Shown here: positions 56,340 to 64,000 of the stretch, piece after piece
Numbering within the stretch: the first letter of the stretch is position 1
How the letters are laid out: each line of letters begins with the position of its first letter
NCBI GenBank assembly: GCA_002787405.1
Contig: PCWQ01000007.1
Location: 31,296 to 95,295 of the forward strand
DNA from: Candidatus Komeilibacteria bacterium CG11_big_fil_rev_8_21_14_0_20_36_20
Lineage (GTDB): Bacteria; Patescibacteriota; Patescibacteriia; UBA1558; GWA2-36-10
Length of the DNA stretch: 64,000 nucleotides
Direction of reading: 5' to 3'
The notes under the pieces: generated by a model
Databases searched by the model: none
What the model was told of the DNA's origin: nothing
What the model saw: the letters and a program-made list of their open reading frames with translations, nothing else
Position numbers and translations under genes: made by a program

Positions 56340-56353
56340 AGCTAATATTAGCT
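56340..56353. promoter_or_regulatory. 14-bp perfect palindrome agctaatattagct in the divergent promoter between the ECF sigma gene and the HTH gene; candidate operator
   Basis: Self-complementary 14-mer verified by eye. A second 10-bp inverted repeat (catctaaaat / attttagatg, 20-nt spacer) lies at 56395..56434. Confidence 0.35.
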
Positions 56354-56619
56354 AAAAAAATAAATAAATCTTAATAATTTTTCTCTAATATAGTCATCTA
56401 AAATAAAGTGGAGCTAATTATAGCATTTTAGATGTTTTTTGTAAATGTAAATTCCCCACAAAATTTGAACTGATGATACCAAATATTAACATATTTTAGA
56501 TTATTTGTCTTATAAAAAGAGCCCTATATTTTATAAAGTTATCCACAGATATTGATAAAAAGTATAGAATATTCTATACTTAATTATATAAAATAATCAA
56601 AATATTAACTGTATATTAT

Positions 56620-56901
56620 ATGGAAAATATTATTCGTTTATCAGTATCTGAAGCAGCTAAATTGTTTGGGGTATCCACTAAAACTATTCGGCAAGCCATT
56701 AAAAAAGAGGAAATAAGATATATTGTGGTCAACGGTCGTTATAAAATAAACTTCGCTTCTTTAATGGAGTGGTCGCAACTTTCTACCCGCCGCGCTAATT
56801 TACTCAAACAACAGGGAGTTGGTCAGTATATTGATCGGTGGAAAATAAGGAATAAAAAATTCAGCCCCAGTGAAAAATTAATAAACAAAAAAACTTTCTG
56901 A
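56620..56901 (+). CDS. excisionase-family HTH (HTH_17) DNA-binding protein
   Basis: LSVSEAAKLFGVSTKTIRQAIKKEEIRYIVVNGRYKI resembles 27645..27932. Confidence 0.6.
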   Translation: MENIIRLSVSEAAKLFGVSTKTIRQAIKKEEIRYIVVNGRYKINFASLMEWSQLSTRRANLLKQQGVGQYIDRWKIRNKKFSPSEKLINKKTF

Positions 56902-56935
56902 ACAGCAGAAAGTTTTTCGAAAATGATTTATATAG

Positions 56936-58030
56936 TTATAGTTTGACTTCTAAATCCTGCTCTACACCCTCTCTAGAAACTTTAATAATAACAATGTCTC
57001 CGGGACGATAATTTTGAATAATTGAAGTTAGGGTTTTATTATTTGAGATGGCTGTATTGTTGACTGCGACAATTTGATCCCCGGCCTGTAAACCAGCTTG
57101 ATAGGCTGGAGAGTTGAAACTAACTGCTCTTAAAGTAGGGTGGAAGATAAAATTGCCTAATTCAGTAAAACCGCTATTATTCTCCTTGTCCACATACCAA
57201 ATACCTAAACTAGGCCTTTCTGTATTATTTAATAAATGTTTAACTGCTTGTTTTAAATATTCAGCCGGTAAAAGAACTTCGCTATCATTAACTTTATAAG
57301 CAAGTCCTAATAAATCCCCTTCCATATTAAAATACGGGGCGGCTAAAAAATTATCATTTGATAAATCATCAGACACCTGCAAATAGTAATCAATCCTATC
57401 ACTTGATAAGTACTGCCCTACACTATAATGAATATTAGATAAAAATGTTGCATAAAAAGTATGATAAAAACTATGCGGTAAATCAATATTAGTAAACAAT
57501 CTTTCTCCTGCTTTCAAACTATCAGTTAATTGAAAATCAACTGGTTGCAAAGACTGGCCATCTACCTTAATAAATACAGCTCCTGTAAATTCATCTATTT
57601 TAATGTCTTCTATAATATATAAATCATCATTAAGAGCCACCACACCCTGCTGATCAGTAATCACTTGATCAGTTGTCATCAACCAGCCATCAGAAGTCAC
57701 TACGACCGCTGAACCTAAAAATTGATCTTCATTAAACAATGGCTGCCCCACTGTCGCAATGGTCTTAACAGGCCGATAGACGCCGGCTACGCTATTTTGA
57801 TATTTATCAGCCACATTAGTCAATGGCTGCTCTATATTAATCTTGATGTCCCGCTGATTATTGATCAAATCTAAATAATTGACATCCGTCATTGGTTTAA
57901 AAGTCTTGGCCATTAGATATCCCCCAAAACCAGCCGCCGCTCCAAATAAAACCGCCAAAAGCGTCAAATTAAACAATGAAGGTGGCCTAGTGGTTGTTGG
58001 CCTCTCAAAATGAGTTTTTCTTTCTTCCAT
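56936..58030 (-). CDS. membrane-anchored HtrA-like trypsin-fold protein with a C-terminal PDZ domain; probably catalytically inactive
   Basis: GSAVVVTSDGWLMTTDQVI aligns to GSGFII..G.ILTNNHVV with His replaced by Gln. FNMEGDLLGL aligns to GNSGGPL with Ser replaced by Glu. The PDZ-like C-terminus reads GDQIVAVNNTAIS...GDIVIIKVSREG. Confidence 0.5.
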   Translation of the reverse strand: MEERKTHFERPTTTRPPSLFNLTLLAVLFGAAAGFGGYLMAKTFKPMTDVNYLDLINNQRDIKINIEQPLTNVADKYQNSVAGVYRPVKTIATVGQPLFNEDQFLGSAVVVTSDGWLMTTDQVITDQQGVVALNDDLYIIEDIKIDEFTGAVFIKVDGQSLQPVDFQLTDSLKAGERLFTNIDLPHSFYHTFYATFLSNIHYSVGQYLSSDRIDYYLQVSDDLSNDNFLAAPYFNMEGDLLGLAYKVNDSEVLLPAEYLKQAVKHLLNNTERPSLGIWYVDKENNSGFTELGNFIFHPTLRAVSFNSPAYQAGLQAGDQIVAVNNTAISNNKTLTSIIQNYRPGDIVIIKVSREGVEQDLEVKL

Positions 58031-58043
58031 ATTTTTAAAATAA

Positions 58044-58775
58044 TTAAGTAATAATTGAAGTGCCCAATAAAAGAAAAATGCTTAATAAAAATAATCCTAA
58101 ATATAGCTGAAAATACTTTAACTGACTAACGATATTGTCTATTATAAAGAAAAACCATAAAGTTGCAATAGTGCCGGCTATATAAAAGCTAACTGGCAAA
58201 AAATATAAAGCCGCCAAGGCCTGGGCTAATAAAAACATAGCAAACCAAACGTAGTATTTATTAATATTCTCTGCAGATTTAAATATATCTTGCATCCATA
58301 AAAAAGTAGCTAGCAACATCAAGAATAGACAAGACAGAGCTGATAAATTCAAAAAAATAATCAGAGAATACAAACTAGACGACAAAAACCAAAAACCAAG
58401 ATAATAAAAAAATCTGCTAAAGGCCAAATAATCCTTATTGCCCGTATCTTTATCTTTAATAACCTGAAAATATTTTTTAAGTAAAATCCACAACACCAAC
58501 CAAGCCAGCACTAAAATAAAAGAACTAAGATATCTAACTGTTTCTGAAGTTAATAATAATAAAAATAATAATTCCGCTATATAAACAACCATTAAATTAA
58601 ACCAAAGTAATTTAAATTTCCAAAAATAGCGTTGAGATAATATTCTGCCAGTCAAAAGAATAGCCAGTAATGAAAGTACAACCAGCCAAACAAGACCGGA
58701 TTGATAATAAAAAAATAGCCAAAAACCAACAAGTAAAATTAAAGGATTGAAAAATAGAACAAGATACTTATACAT
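58044..58775 (-). CDS. polytopic membrane protein of unknown function
   Basis: 243 aa, about 7 hydrophobic helices. Confidence 0.4.
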   Translation of the reverse strand: MYKYLVLFFNPLILLVGFWLFFYYQSGLVWLVVLSLLAILLTGRILSQRYFWKFKLLWFNLMVVYIAELLFLLLLTSETVRYLSSFILVLAWLVLWILLKKYFQVIKDKDTGNKDYLAFSRFFYYLGFWFLSSSLYSLIIFLNLSALSCLFLMLLATFLWMQDIFKSAENINKYYVWFAMFLLAQALAALYFLPVSFYIAGTIATLWFFFIIDNIVSQLKYFQLYLGLFLLSIFLLLGTSIIT

Positions 58776-58778
58776 AAG

Positions 58779-59096
58779 TTAAAATAAAGAATCAGCGTCT
58801 ACCTTCTGCCAATCATCCTTGTCTTCCGACCAAATAAAAATTTCCAGATAAGAAACATTTTCATCTTCGGAATAAATATAATCAACTTTAACATCTGAAC
58901 CAGCCCGATTAGAATAGGTAGTCTTCTTATCTAACACTTTCGGCTTAGTGACAAACCTCATCTGCGTCTTCCCCTGTGGGCCAACAAATTCAACAACTTC
59001 AACTGCGCCGGGAGATAACTCCTCCGAATATTCATTCTCAATACTAAAACTTTCTTTTATTTGATGTTTTATTTCTCGCCAACGTTCTTCGGTCAT
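58779..59096 (-). CDS. hypothetical protein
   Basis: A 105-aa ORF in operon context. Confidence 0.35.
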   Translation of the reverse strand: MTEERWREIKHQIKESFSIENEYSEELSPGAVEVVEFVGPQGKTQMRFVTKPKVLDKKTTYSNRAGSDVKVDYIYSEDENVSYLEIFIWSEDKDDWQKVDADSLF

Positions 59097-59113
59097 ATAT
59101 TTAAAATAATAAA

Positions 59114-59602
59114 TTAAGAACTATAATACTGTATCTTAACTTCATCGCCTACTTTAATATCAAATTTTTCAATACTACCACTAGAAAATTCAAGAACTTT
59201 ATTAACTGGTGATGGTGAAATATATCTTGGTAAATTACTGTCGCTCAGACCTGTTTCTGGAGGAAGCATATTATGTTCAAAACCAACAATTTGATTATTA
59301 TTGATCCATAATAGATCAATCGCAAAATTCATGTCTTTCATCCAAAAAGATCTTAAATCAGCTTCTGGAAAAACAAATAACATTCCTTGATTATCTCTTA
59401 TCTCTAATCGACCTGATAATCCTCTAATCAGCTCTTCACTACTTGCAGCTATTTCAGCATTAATTAAATTATTATTAATAAATACAGAGGCTCCTTCTAC
59501 TTCGATTAACGGACCAATTTCTTTTGGCTGAGACCAAACAAAATAAATAATAGCTGCTAAAATTATCAATAATATCAAAATAATAACTTTAACCTTCTTC
59601 AT
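59114..59602 (-). CDS. DUF192 (COG1430) family protein
   Basis: GMLFVFPEADLRSFWMKDMNFAIDLLWI matches the DUF192 core. An N-terminal TM or signal sequence is present. Confidence 0.6.
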   Translation of the reverse strand: MKKVKVIILILLIILAAIIYFVWSQPKEIGPLIEVEGASVFINNNLINAEIAASSEELIRGLSGRLEIRDNQGMLFVFPEADLRSFWMKDMNFAIDLLWINNNQIVGFEHNMLPPETGLSDSNLPRYISPSPVNKVLEFSSGSIEKFDIKVGDEVKIQYYSS

Positions 59603-60674
59603 TGATTCTTCTTAAGCGATAATTCAGCCAAATGCTTAATAAAAACATAAAAACTAATAAAATTATCAAGGCGCTAATTTTTGCTTTAGTAGTAAAAAAT
59701 ATTGAAACTAAACCAAAACACAGACTGATTAAACTCAAAAATACAACAATCTGCCGTTGCGATAGACCTAATGATAATAACCTAAAATGCAAATGTTGTC
59801 TATCTCCCTTGAAGATATTCTGACCTTTTTTTAAGCGCCAAAATATTACCCAAATAACGTCTAAAAAGGGCAAGCCCATGACTAATAAAGCAGTCGCTAT
59901 TTTGCTGCCGGAAATAATAGCCAAAACACCCAAAGAAAAACCAATAAAGGTGCTGCCTCCTTCTCCTAAAAATATTTTAGCTGGATGCCAATTCCAAATT
60001 AAGAAACCTAACAAAATACCTGCTAAGCTCAAAGATAATAAAGATGTAGTAGAGCCAACTACATCCCAAGACAAACTAACTATAAAAATCACCAAGCTCG
60101 CTATCAGACCAACGCTAGTAGTTAAACCATCAATACCATCTAATAATTTAGTGGTGTAAGTAATGCTCATCAACCAGATAAAAGTAATTATAGCTGTCAG
60201 CCAAGAAAAACTATATTCTAATCCACCCCATTGGAACAACCAAGTAAACAAATTATCTAAATATAACACTCCTCCGTCCGGATGGGTAATATAAGTGATT
60301 TTCAACCCCCCTATGATGATAAGTATAGAAGCAATTATCGGCCCCCAAATAGTGATATGAGCCGGCCAAGAAAATTTATCATCAAGAAAACCGTTAATAA
60401 TCAAAATCAGCCCCGCTAATAAAAACCAGCAAATAATCGACCAACTAATCCGTTCATCCAAAAGTTGGTGACTTTGCCATAATATAAAAACCGCTATTAT
60501 AAAAGAAAAGAAAATAGCCACTCCGCCTAAGAGAGGCATGGGTTGCTGATGAATCTTCCGTTGATCTTTCGGATAATCCAAAATAGCTGTCCTCTTGGCT
60601 AAAACCATCACGAATTTAGTGATGACAAAAGACAAAGCCAGAGAAATGAGAAAGACAAAAATATAATTATTCAT
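59589..60674 (-). CDS. MraY/WecA-family polyprenyl-phosphate N-acetylhexosamine-1-phosphate transferase
   Basis: 361 aa, 10-11 TM helices. LDGIDGLTTSVGLIAS matches the N-x-x-D-G-(I/L)-D-G-L motif. Confidence 0.7.
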   Translation of the reverse strand: MNNYIFVFLISLALSFVITKFVMVLAKRTAILDYPKDQRKIHQQPMPLLGGVAIFFSFIIAVFILWQSHQLLDERISWSIICWFLLAGLILIINGFLDDKFSWPAHITIWGPIIASILIIIGGLKITYITHPDGGVLYLDNLFTWLFQWGGLEYSFSWLTAIITFIWLMSITYTTKLLDGIDGLTTSVGLIASLVIFIVSLSWDVVGSTTSLLSLSLAGILLGFLIWNWHPAKIFLGEGGSTFIGFSLGVLAIISGSKIATALLVMGLPFLDVIWVIFWRLKKGQNIFKGDRQHLHFRLLSLGLSQRQIVVFLSLISLCFGLVSIFFTTKAKISALIILLVFMFLLSIWLNYRLRRINEEG

Positions 60675-61074
60675 TGGTTTGAGATAAAAAAGTATCCAAA
60701 ATAGCTGTAGCGGCGTGTTTATCTATCTCCTGACTAACTCCCATTTTATAAAATAATTTAGAGGTTAATTGTTCATCAACTGTCTTGACTGGTATATTTT
60801 GAGCTAATAAATATTTACTTAGTAATTTAATAAAATTCTCCGTTATTTTTAATCTCTCATTATCATAGCCGGTTAAACTATGCGGCAATCCAACTACCAC
60901 TATACTGATATTTTCTTCTTTAATGATTTTGTCTAAATCATCTATTAATGTCTCTAAATTTTTATTAAACAAGATTTTATAAGGAACAGCAATACTACCA
61001 ACTTCCGCCATAGCCAAACCAACTCTCCGATCGCCATAATCAATACCTAATACTTTTTTTCTTTGATTGCTCAT
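60667..61074 (-). CDS. ruvX: Holliday-junction resolvase-like / pre-16S rRNA nuclease RuvX (YqgF)
   Basis: The N-terminus KKVLGIDYGDRRVGLAMAE is present. 135 aa. Confidence 0.85.
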   Translation of the reverse strand: MSNQRKKVLGIDYGDRRVGLAMAEVGSIAVPYKILFNKNLETLIDDLDKIIKEENISIVVVGLPHSLTGYDNERLKITENFIKLLSKYLLAQNIPVKTVDEQLTSKLFYKMGVSQEIDKHAATAILDTFLSQTNE

Positions 61075-61075
61075 T

Positions 61076-61822
61076 CTACTCTGTCAAAATTAAATAACCG
61101 GTTTCTGTGACTGCTACTGAATGCTCAAAATGAGCCGTTAAGCTACTATCCTGTGAATTGATGCTCCAACCGTCATTACCGATTATTACTTTATGATTAC
61201 CTCCCATAATAATCATGGGCTCAATAGCAATAACCAGACCGGGAAACATTTTATCCAGTTTTTTACCAGAATCATAATTAGGAACCATTGGGTCTTCGTG
61301 AATATCTCGCCCCACCCCATGACCAGCTAAATCACGCACAATACCATAGCCCAAAGGGCTAATATAGGCCTCTATGGCCCTTCCAATATCTCCAATGTAA
61401 CCATCGGGGCTTACTTGAGAAATTCCCACAAATAAGGACTCTCTAGTGGCCTTTAAGAGCTGTTTAACTTCCTCCCTAATCTGACCAATAGCCACAGTAG
61501 AAGCAATATCAGTATAAAATCCCTTGTATTTCATACCCATATCCAAGCCAACTAAATCGCCCTCCTTAAACGGTAGATTATTAGGAATGCCGTGCACTAC
61601 TGTTTCATTAACAGAAACACAAAGGGCACAAGGAAACCCCTGATAATTTTTAAAAGCAGGTGCACCTCCGGCTTCTTTAATCAAATCTTCCGTGATTTTA
61701 TTTAACTCGTGACCAGTTATTCCCAACTTTGCTCTGCTCTCCACTGTACTTAAAATTTGACTTAATATCTTACCGCCTTCCCTTAAGATATTAATTTCTT
61801 CTGATGTTTTTTTGTTTAACAT
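61076..61822 (-). CDS. map: type I methionine aminopeptidase
   Basis: 248 aa with MetAP metal-binding motifs (D...D...H...E...E; GHGVGRDIHEDP). Confidence 0.9.
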   Translation of the reverse strand: MLNKKTSEEINILREGGKILSQILSTVESRAKLGITGHELNKITEDLIKEAGGAPAFKNYQGFPCALCVSVNETVVHGIPNNLPFKEGDLVGLDMGMKYKGFYTDIASTVAIGQIREEVKQLLKATRESLFVGISQVSPDGYIGDIGRAIEAYISPLGYGIVRDLAGHGVGRDIHEDPMVPNYDSGKKLDKMFPGLVIAIEPMIIMGGNHKVIIGNDGWSINSQDSSLTAHFEHSVAVTETGYLILTE

Positions 61823-62450
61823 TTCTTTGTAAATATTCTAAAATCTTTTTATTAACTGTAATGATAGAGCCGTGCCCATCAAAAATAACTAATTTTTGCT
61901 GTTGCATATAATAATCTAACAACTTGCTTGTGTTTTGATGATAGATGATTAATCTTTGGACCACCGCTTCCTCTTGATCATCTATTCTATGATATAAGGG
62001 CTGACGACAAATATCACACTGGTGATCTTTCATTGGCTGACGATAATCATTATGAAAAATATGCCCTTGCGGACAGATTAATCGACCTTGTATCCGCCTA
62101 ATGGCCTCATCATCTGAAATTTCAATATTAAAAACTTTATCAATAAAATAGTGTTTATCTAAAATTCTAGCTTGCCTAATATTGCGAGGAAAGCCATCCA
62201 ACAAAAATCCTTGCTGATATTCTGAATTATCTAATCTGCCAAATATCAATTCTATAATATCTTGATCTGGAATTAAAGCTCCTTTATTAACTAAACGGCC
62301 TATTCTTTTACCTAGGTCGGTTTTCCCCTCAATGGATCGTCTAATAATATCCCCCGATGATAAAATTTTTACTCCTAGAAAATCAGCTATTATTTTGCCT
62401 TGAGTGCTCTTGCCCGATCCTTGGGGACCCAAAATAATTACTCTGTTCAT
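61791..62450 (-). CDS. adk: adenylate kinase (Zn-lid type)
   Basis: The P-loop reads GPQGSGKSTQ. The zinc lid reads CPQGHIFH...CDICRQPL. Confidence 0.9.
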   Translation of the reverse strand: MNRVIILGPQGSGKSTQGKIIADFLGVKILSSGDIIRRSIEGKTDLGKRIGRLVNKGALIPDQDIIELIFGRLDNSEYQQGFLLDGFPRNIRQARILDKHYFIDKVFNIEISDDEAIRRIQGRLICPQGHIFHNDYRQPMKDHQCDICRQPLYHRIDDQEEAVVQRLIIYHQNTSKLLDYYMQQQKLVIFDGHGSIITVNKKILEYLQRNVKQKNIRRN

Positions 62451-62568
62451 TATTGAAAATTAGTCCTACTGATTAAAAGTATAACAAAATCTGGCGATTT
62501 ACTCAATTTCTGACAAAACAAAAAACCTGGCGATTTTAAATAATTAGCCGGGTTTTATAAATCAGATT

Positions 62569-63849
62569 TTAAAATCCTTCGTAATCCCTCATAACTAACT
62601 GCGCATCTATTTGCTTCACTGTCTCAATAACTACTGCTACAACGATCAATAAACTAGTGCCGCCAATAGTCATTGTAGCGAGTCCAGTTAAAGGACCCAC
62701 CACCAAAGGTAAAACAGCTATCAGACCTAGAAATAATGCTCCGGTTAAAATAATACGATTCATTACTGTATTTAAATAATCAGCCGTATGCCGACCGGGT
62801 CTGATACCAGGTATAAACCCGCCCTGTTTTTGTAAATTTTCTGCAATTTGCTGTGGATGGAAAATGACGGCTGTATAAAAATAAGTAAAAATAACCACCA
62901 TTAAAAAATAGAATATAGCATAAAATCTTCTGTTTTGGAAAAAGTCTATAATCCATTGAGAGGAAGCAGCAATCCAAGATACATCTGAATGCAGAAAAAA
63001 CTGAGCAATCATCGGTGGAATAATAATTACGGAAATAGCAAAGATGATTGGAATTACTCCGGCCTGATTAACTCTTAAAGGTAAATGCGTGTTGACTCCC
63101 CCCACACTTTTTTGGCCAACCATATGCCGAGCATAGGAGATAGGAATATTCCTTTGCCCTTCAGTAATAAATACAATAGTGACAATAGTTACTAAAGCAA
63201 TTAAGATAAAAATAACTAAACTTAAAACCATAGTACTATCAAAGGCAACTAAAGTGTTTCTAATAGACTGCGGTAAACCAGCCACAATACCGGCAAAAAT
63301 AATCAAAGAAACACCATTGCCAATATGTTTTTCTGATATTAACTCACCGAGCCACATTAAGAAGATTGTGCCAGCAGTGACAATAATAATAGTGGATAAG
63401 AGCTGAAACCCGGTTATATCAGCTAATAAACGTCCTTGAGTCTGATTAGATAATAATTTAATAAAACTATAAGTCTGGACAGTGGCTAAAGGAATAGTTA
63501 ATAATCTGGTATATTGATTAATCTTCTGCTGACCATAGTCCCCTTCTTTTGACAAAGCTTCCAATTTAGGAACAATCATAACCAACAACTGAAAAATGAT
63601 GGAAGCGGTAATATAAGGTCCGACGCCCAGCATCACTACAGAAAAATTTTCCATTGCTCCGCCAGAGAATAGATTTAAAAATCCCAAAACCTGGTTGCCT
63701 TGAAAAAATTCCTTCAAATCACCAACATTAACTCCAGGAATAGGCACATGGGCGGCAATTCTAAAAACAACCAACAAAGCCAAAACAAACAAAATATTTT
63801 TGCGGATATCTTTAGCTTTCCATAATTGTTTTAATTTATCACTAATCAT
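62569..63849 (-). CDS. secY: preprotein translocase subunit SecY
   Basis: 426 aa with 10 TM helices. The SecY pattern is present (GVNVGDLKEF...GGAMENFSVVMLGVGPYITASII). Confidence 0.9.
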   Translation of the reverse strand: MISDKLKQLWKAKDIRKNILFVLALLVVFRIAAHVPIPGVNVGDLKEFFQGNQVLGFLNLFSGGAMENFSVVMLGVGPYITASIIFQLLVMIVPKLEALSKEGDYGQQKINQYTRLLTIPLATVQTYSFIKLLSNQTQGRLLADITGFQLLSTIIIVTAGTIFLMWLGELISEKHIGNGVSLIIFAGIVAGLPQSIRNTLVAFDSTMVLSLVIFILIALVTIVTIVFITEGQRNIPISYARHMVGQKSVGGVNTHLPLRVNQAGVIPIIFAISVIIIPPMIAQFFLHSDVSWIAASSQWIIDFFQNRRFYAIFYFLMVVIFTYFYTAVIFHPQQIAENLQKQGGFIPGIRPGRHTADYLNTVMNRIILTGALFLGLIAVLPLVVGPLTGLATMTIGGTSLLIVVAVVIETVKQIDAQLVMRDYEGF

Positions 63850-63857
63850 CTTAAAAA

Positions 63858-64000
63858 TTATTCGCTTTTATTTTTTTTCTCTTCACTAGCTGAGAACTGA
63901 CCAACCACTACGGTTTGACCACCGGCTTTCTCAATTTTGGCTTTAGCCGTAACGGAAAAAGCATCGGCCTCCACTGTGAATTTTTTGCTTAATTTTCCTT
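63858..64000 (-). CDS. rplO: 50S ribosomal protein L15, 3' end (partial; continues beyond the window)
   Basis: Minus-strand translation gives GKLSKKFTVEADAFSVTAKAKIEKAGGQTVVVGQFSASEEKKNKSE followed by a stop. This is the L15 C-terminus in the conserved rplO-secY arrangement. Confidence 0.8.
   Translation of the reverse strand, partial: GKLSKKFTVEADAFSVTAKAKIEKAGGQTVVVGQFSASEEKKNKSE

Overview
This is an AT-rich bacterial window (roughly 30% GC; standard genetic code appears to be used) in which almost every gene lies on the minus strand. Its gene content resembles Candidate Phyla Radiation/Patescibacteria-type genomes: excisionase-family helix-turn-helix (HTH) proteins, O-antigen-ligase-like proteins with tetratricopeptide (TPR) repeats, and a compact secY-adk-map-ruvX block. 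That taxonomic reading is inference only.

Layout, left to right:
- 1-2519: a chemotaxis-like module (CheA partial, CheW, methyl-accepting chemotaxis protein (MCP)).
- 2625-49307: a glycan-biosynthesis supercluster of about 45 kb, bracketed by two paralogous Wzy_C/O-antigen-ligase-like membrane proteins with C-terminal TPR repeats. It contains:
  - an initiating polyprenyl-phosphate sugar-phosphate transferase;
  - nine family-4 glycosyltransferases (GT4) and one family-2 glycosyltransferase (GT2);
  - a nonulosonic-acid module (PseB-like dehydratase, NeuB-like synthase, PseF-like cytidylyltransferase fused to a UDP-sugar 6-dehydrogenase, and a WbpG/PseA-like amidotransferase);
  - an AsnB-like amidotransferase, a UDP-glucuronate-4-epimerase-like enzyme, and RmlC/RmlD-like enzymes;
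  - four cobalamin-binding radical SAM enzymes in two tandem pairs;
  - five SAM-dependent methyltransferases;
  - a carbamoyltransferase split by a frameshift, and an ornithine-carbamoyltransferase-like pseudogene;
  - a KpsC/KpsS-like protein and an MsbA/PglK-like ABC exporter;
  - a divergent RtcB-family protein and an HD-domain protein;
  - an IS200-like REP-associated tyrosine transposase (RAYT) with its cognate REP (repetitive extragenic palindromic) hairpins at the right edge.
- Right of the cluster: a 1267-aa Thr/Ser/Gly-rich secreted surface protein that is GC-richer than its surroundings. It has a long, hairpin-rich 5' leader and sits directly downstream of an ECF sigma / anti-sigma pair.
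- Window end: an inactive HtrA-like PDZ protein, DUF192, an MraY/WecA-family transferase, ruvX, map, adk, secY and the 3' end of rplO.

No rRNA, tRNA or CRISPR array was recognised. Signs of local genome decay or recombination are: a carbamoyltransferase split by an indel in a T8 run; a pseudogene with at least two frameshifts; a deletion scar that retains the N-terminus of a C-methyltransferase and the C-terminus of a GT4; and a 35-bp perfect direct repeat that flanks a GC-rich insert.

Main hypothesis: this is a previously uncharacterised protein O-glycosylation / surface-glycan system. It would build a heavily tailored nonulosonic-acid-containing glycan (methylated, amidated, carbamoylated) on a lipid carrier. 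The glycan would be flipped by the ABC exporter and transferred by a PglL/Wzy_C-like ligase onto the adjacent giant surface protein, under ECF-sigma control.
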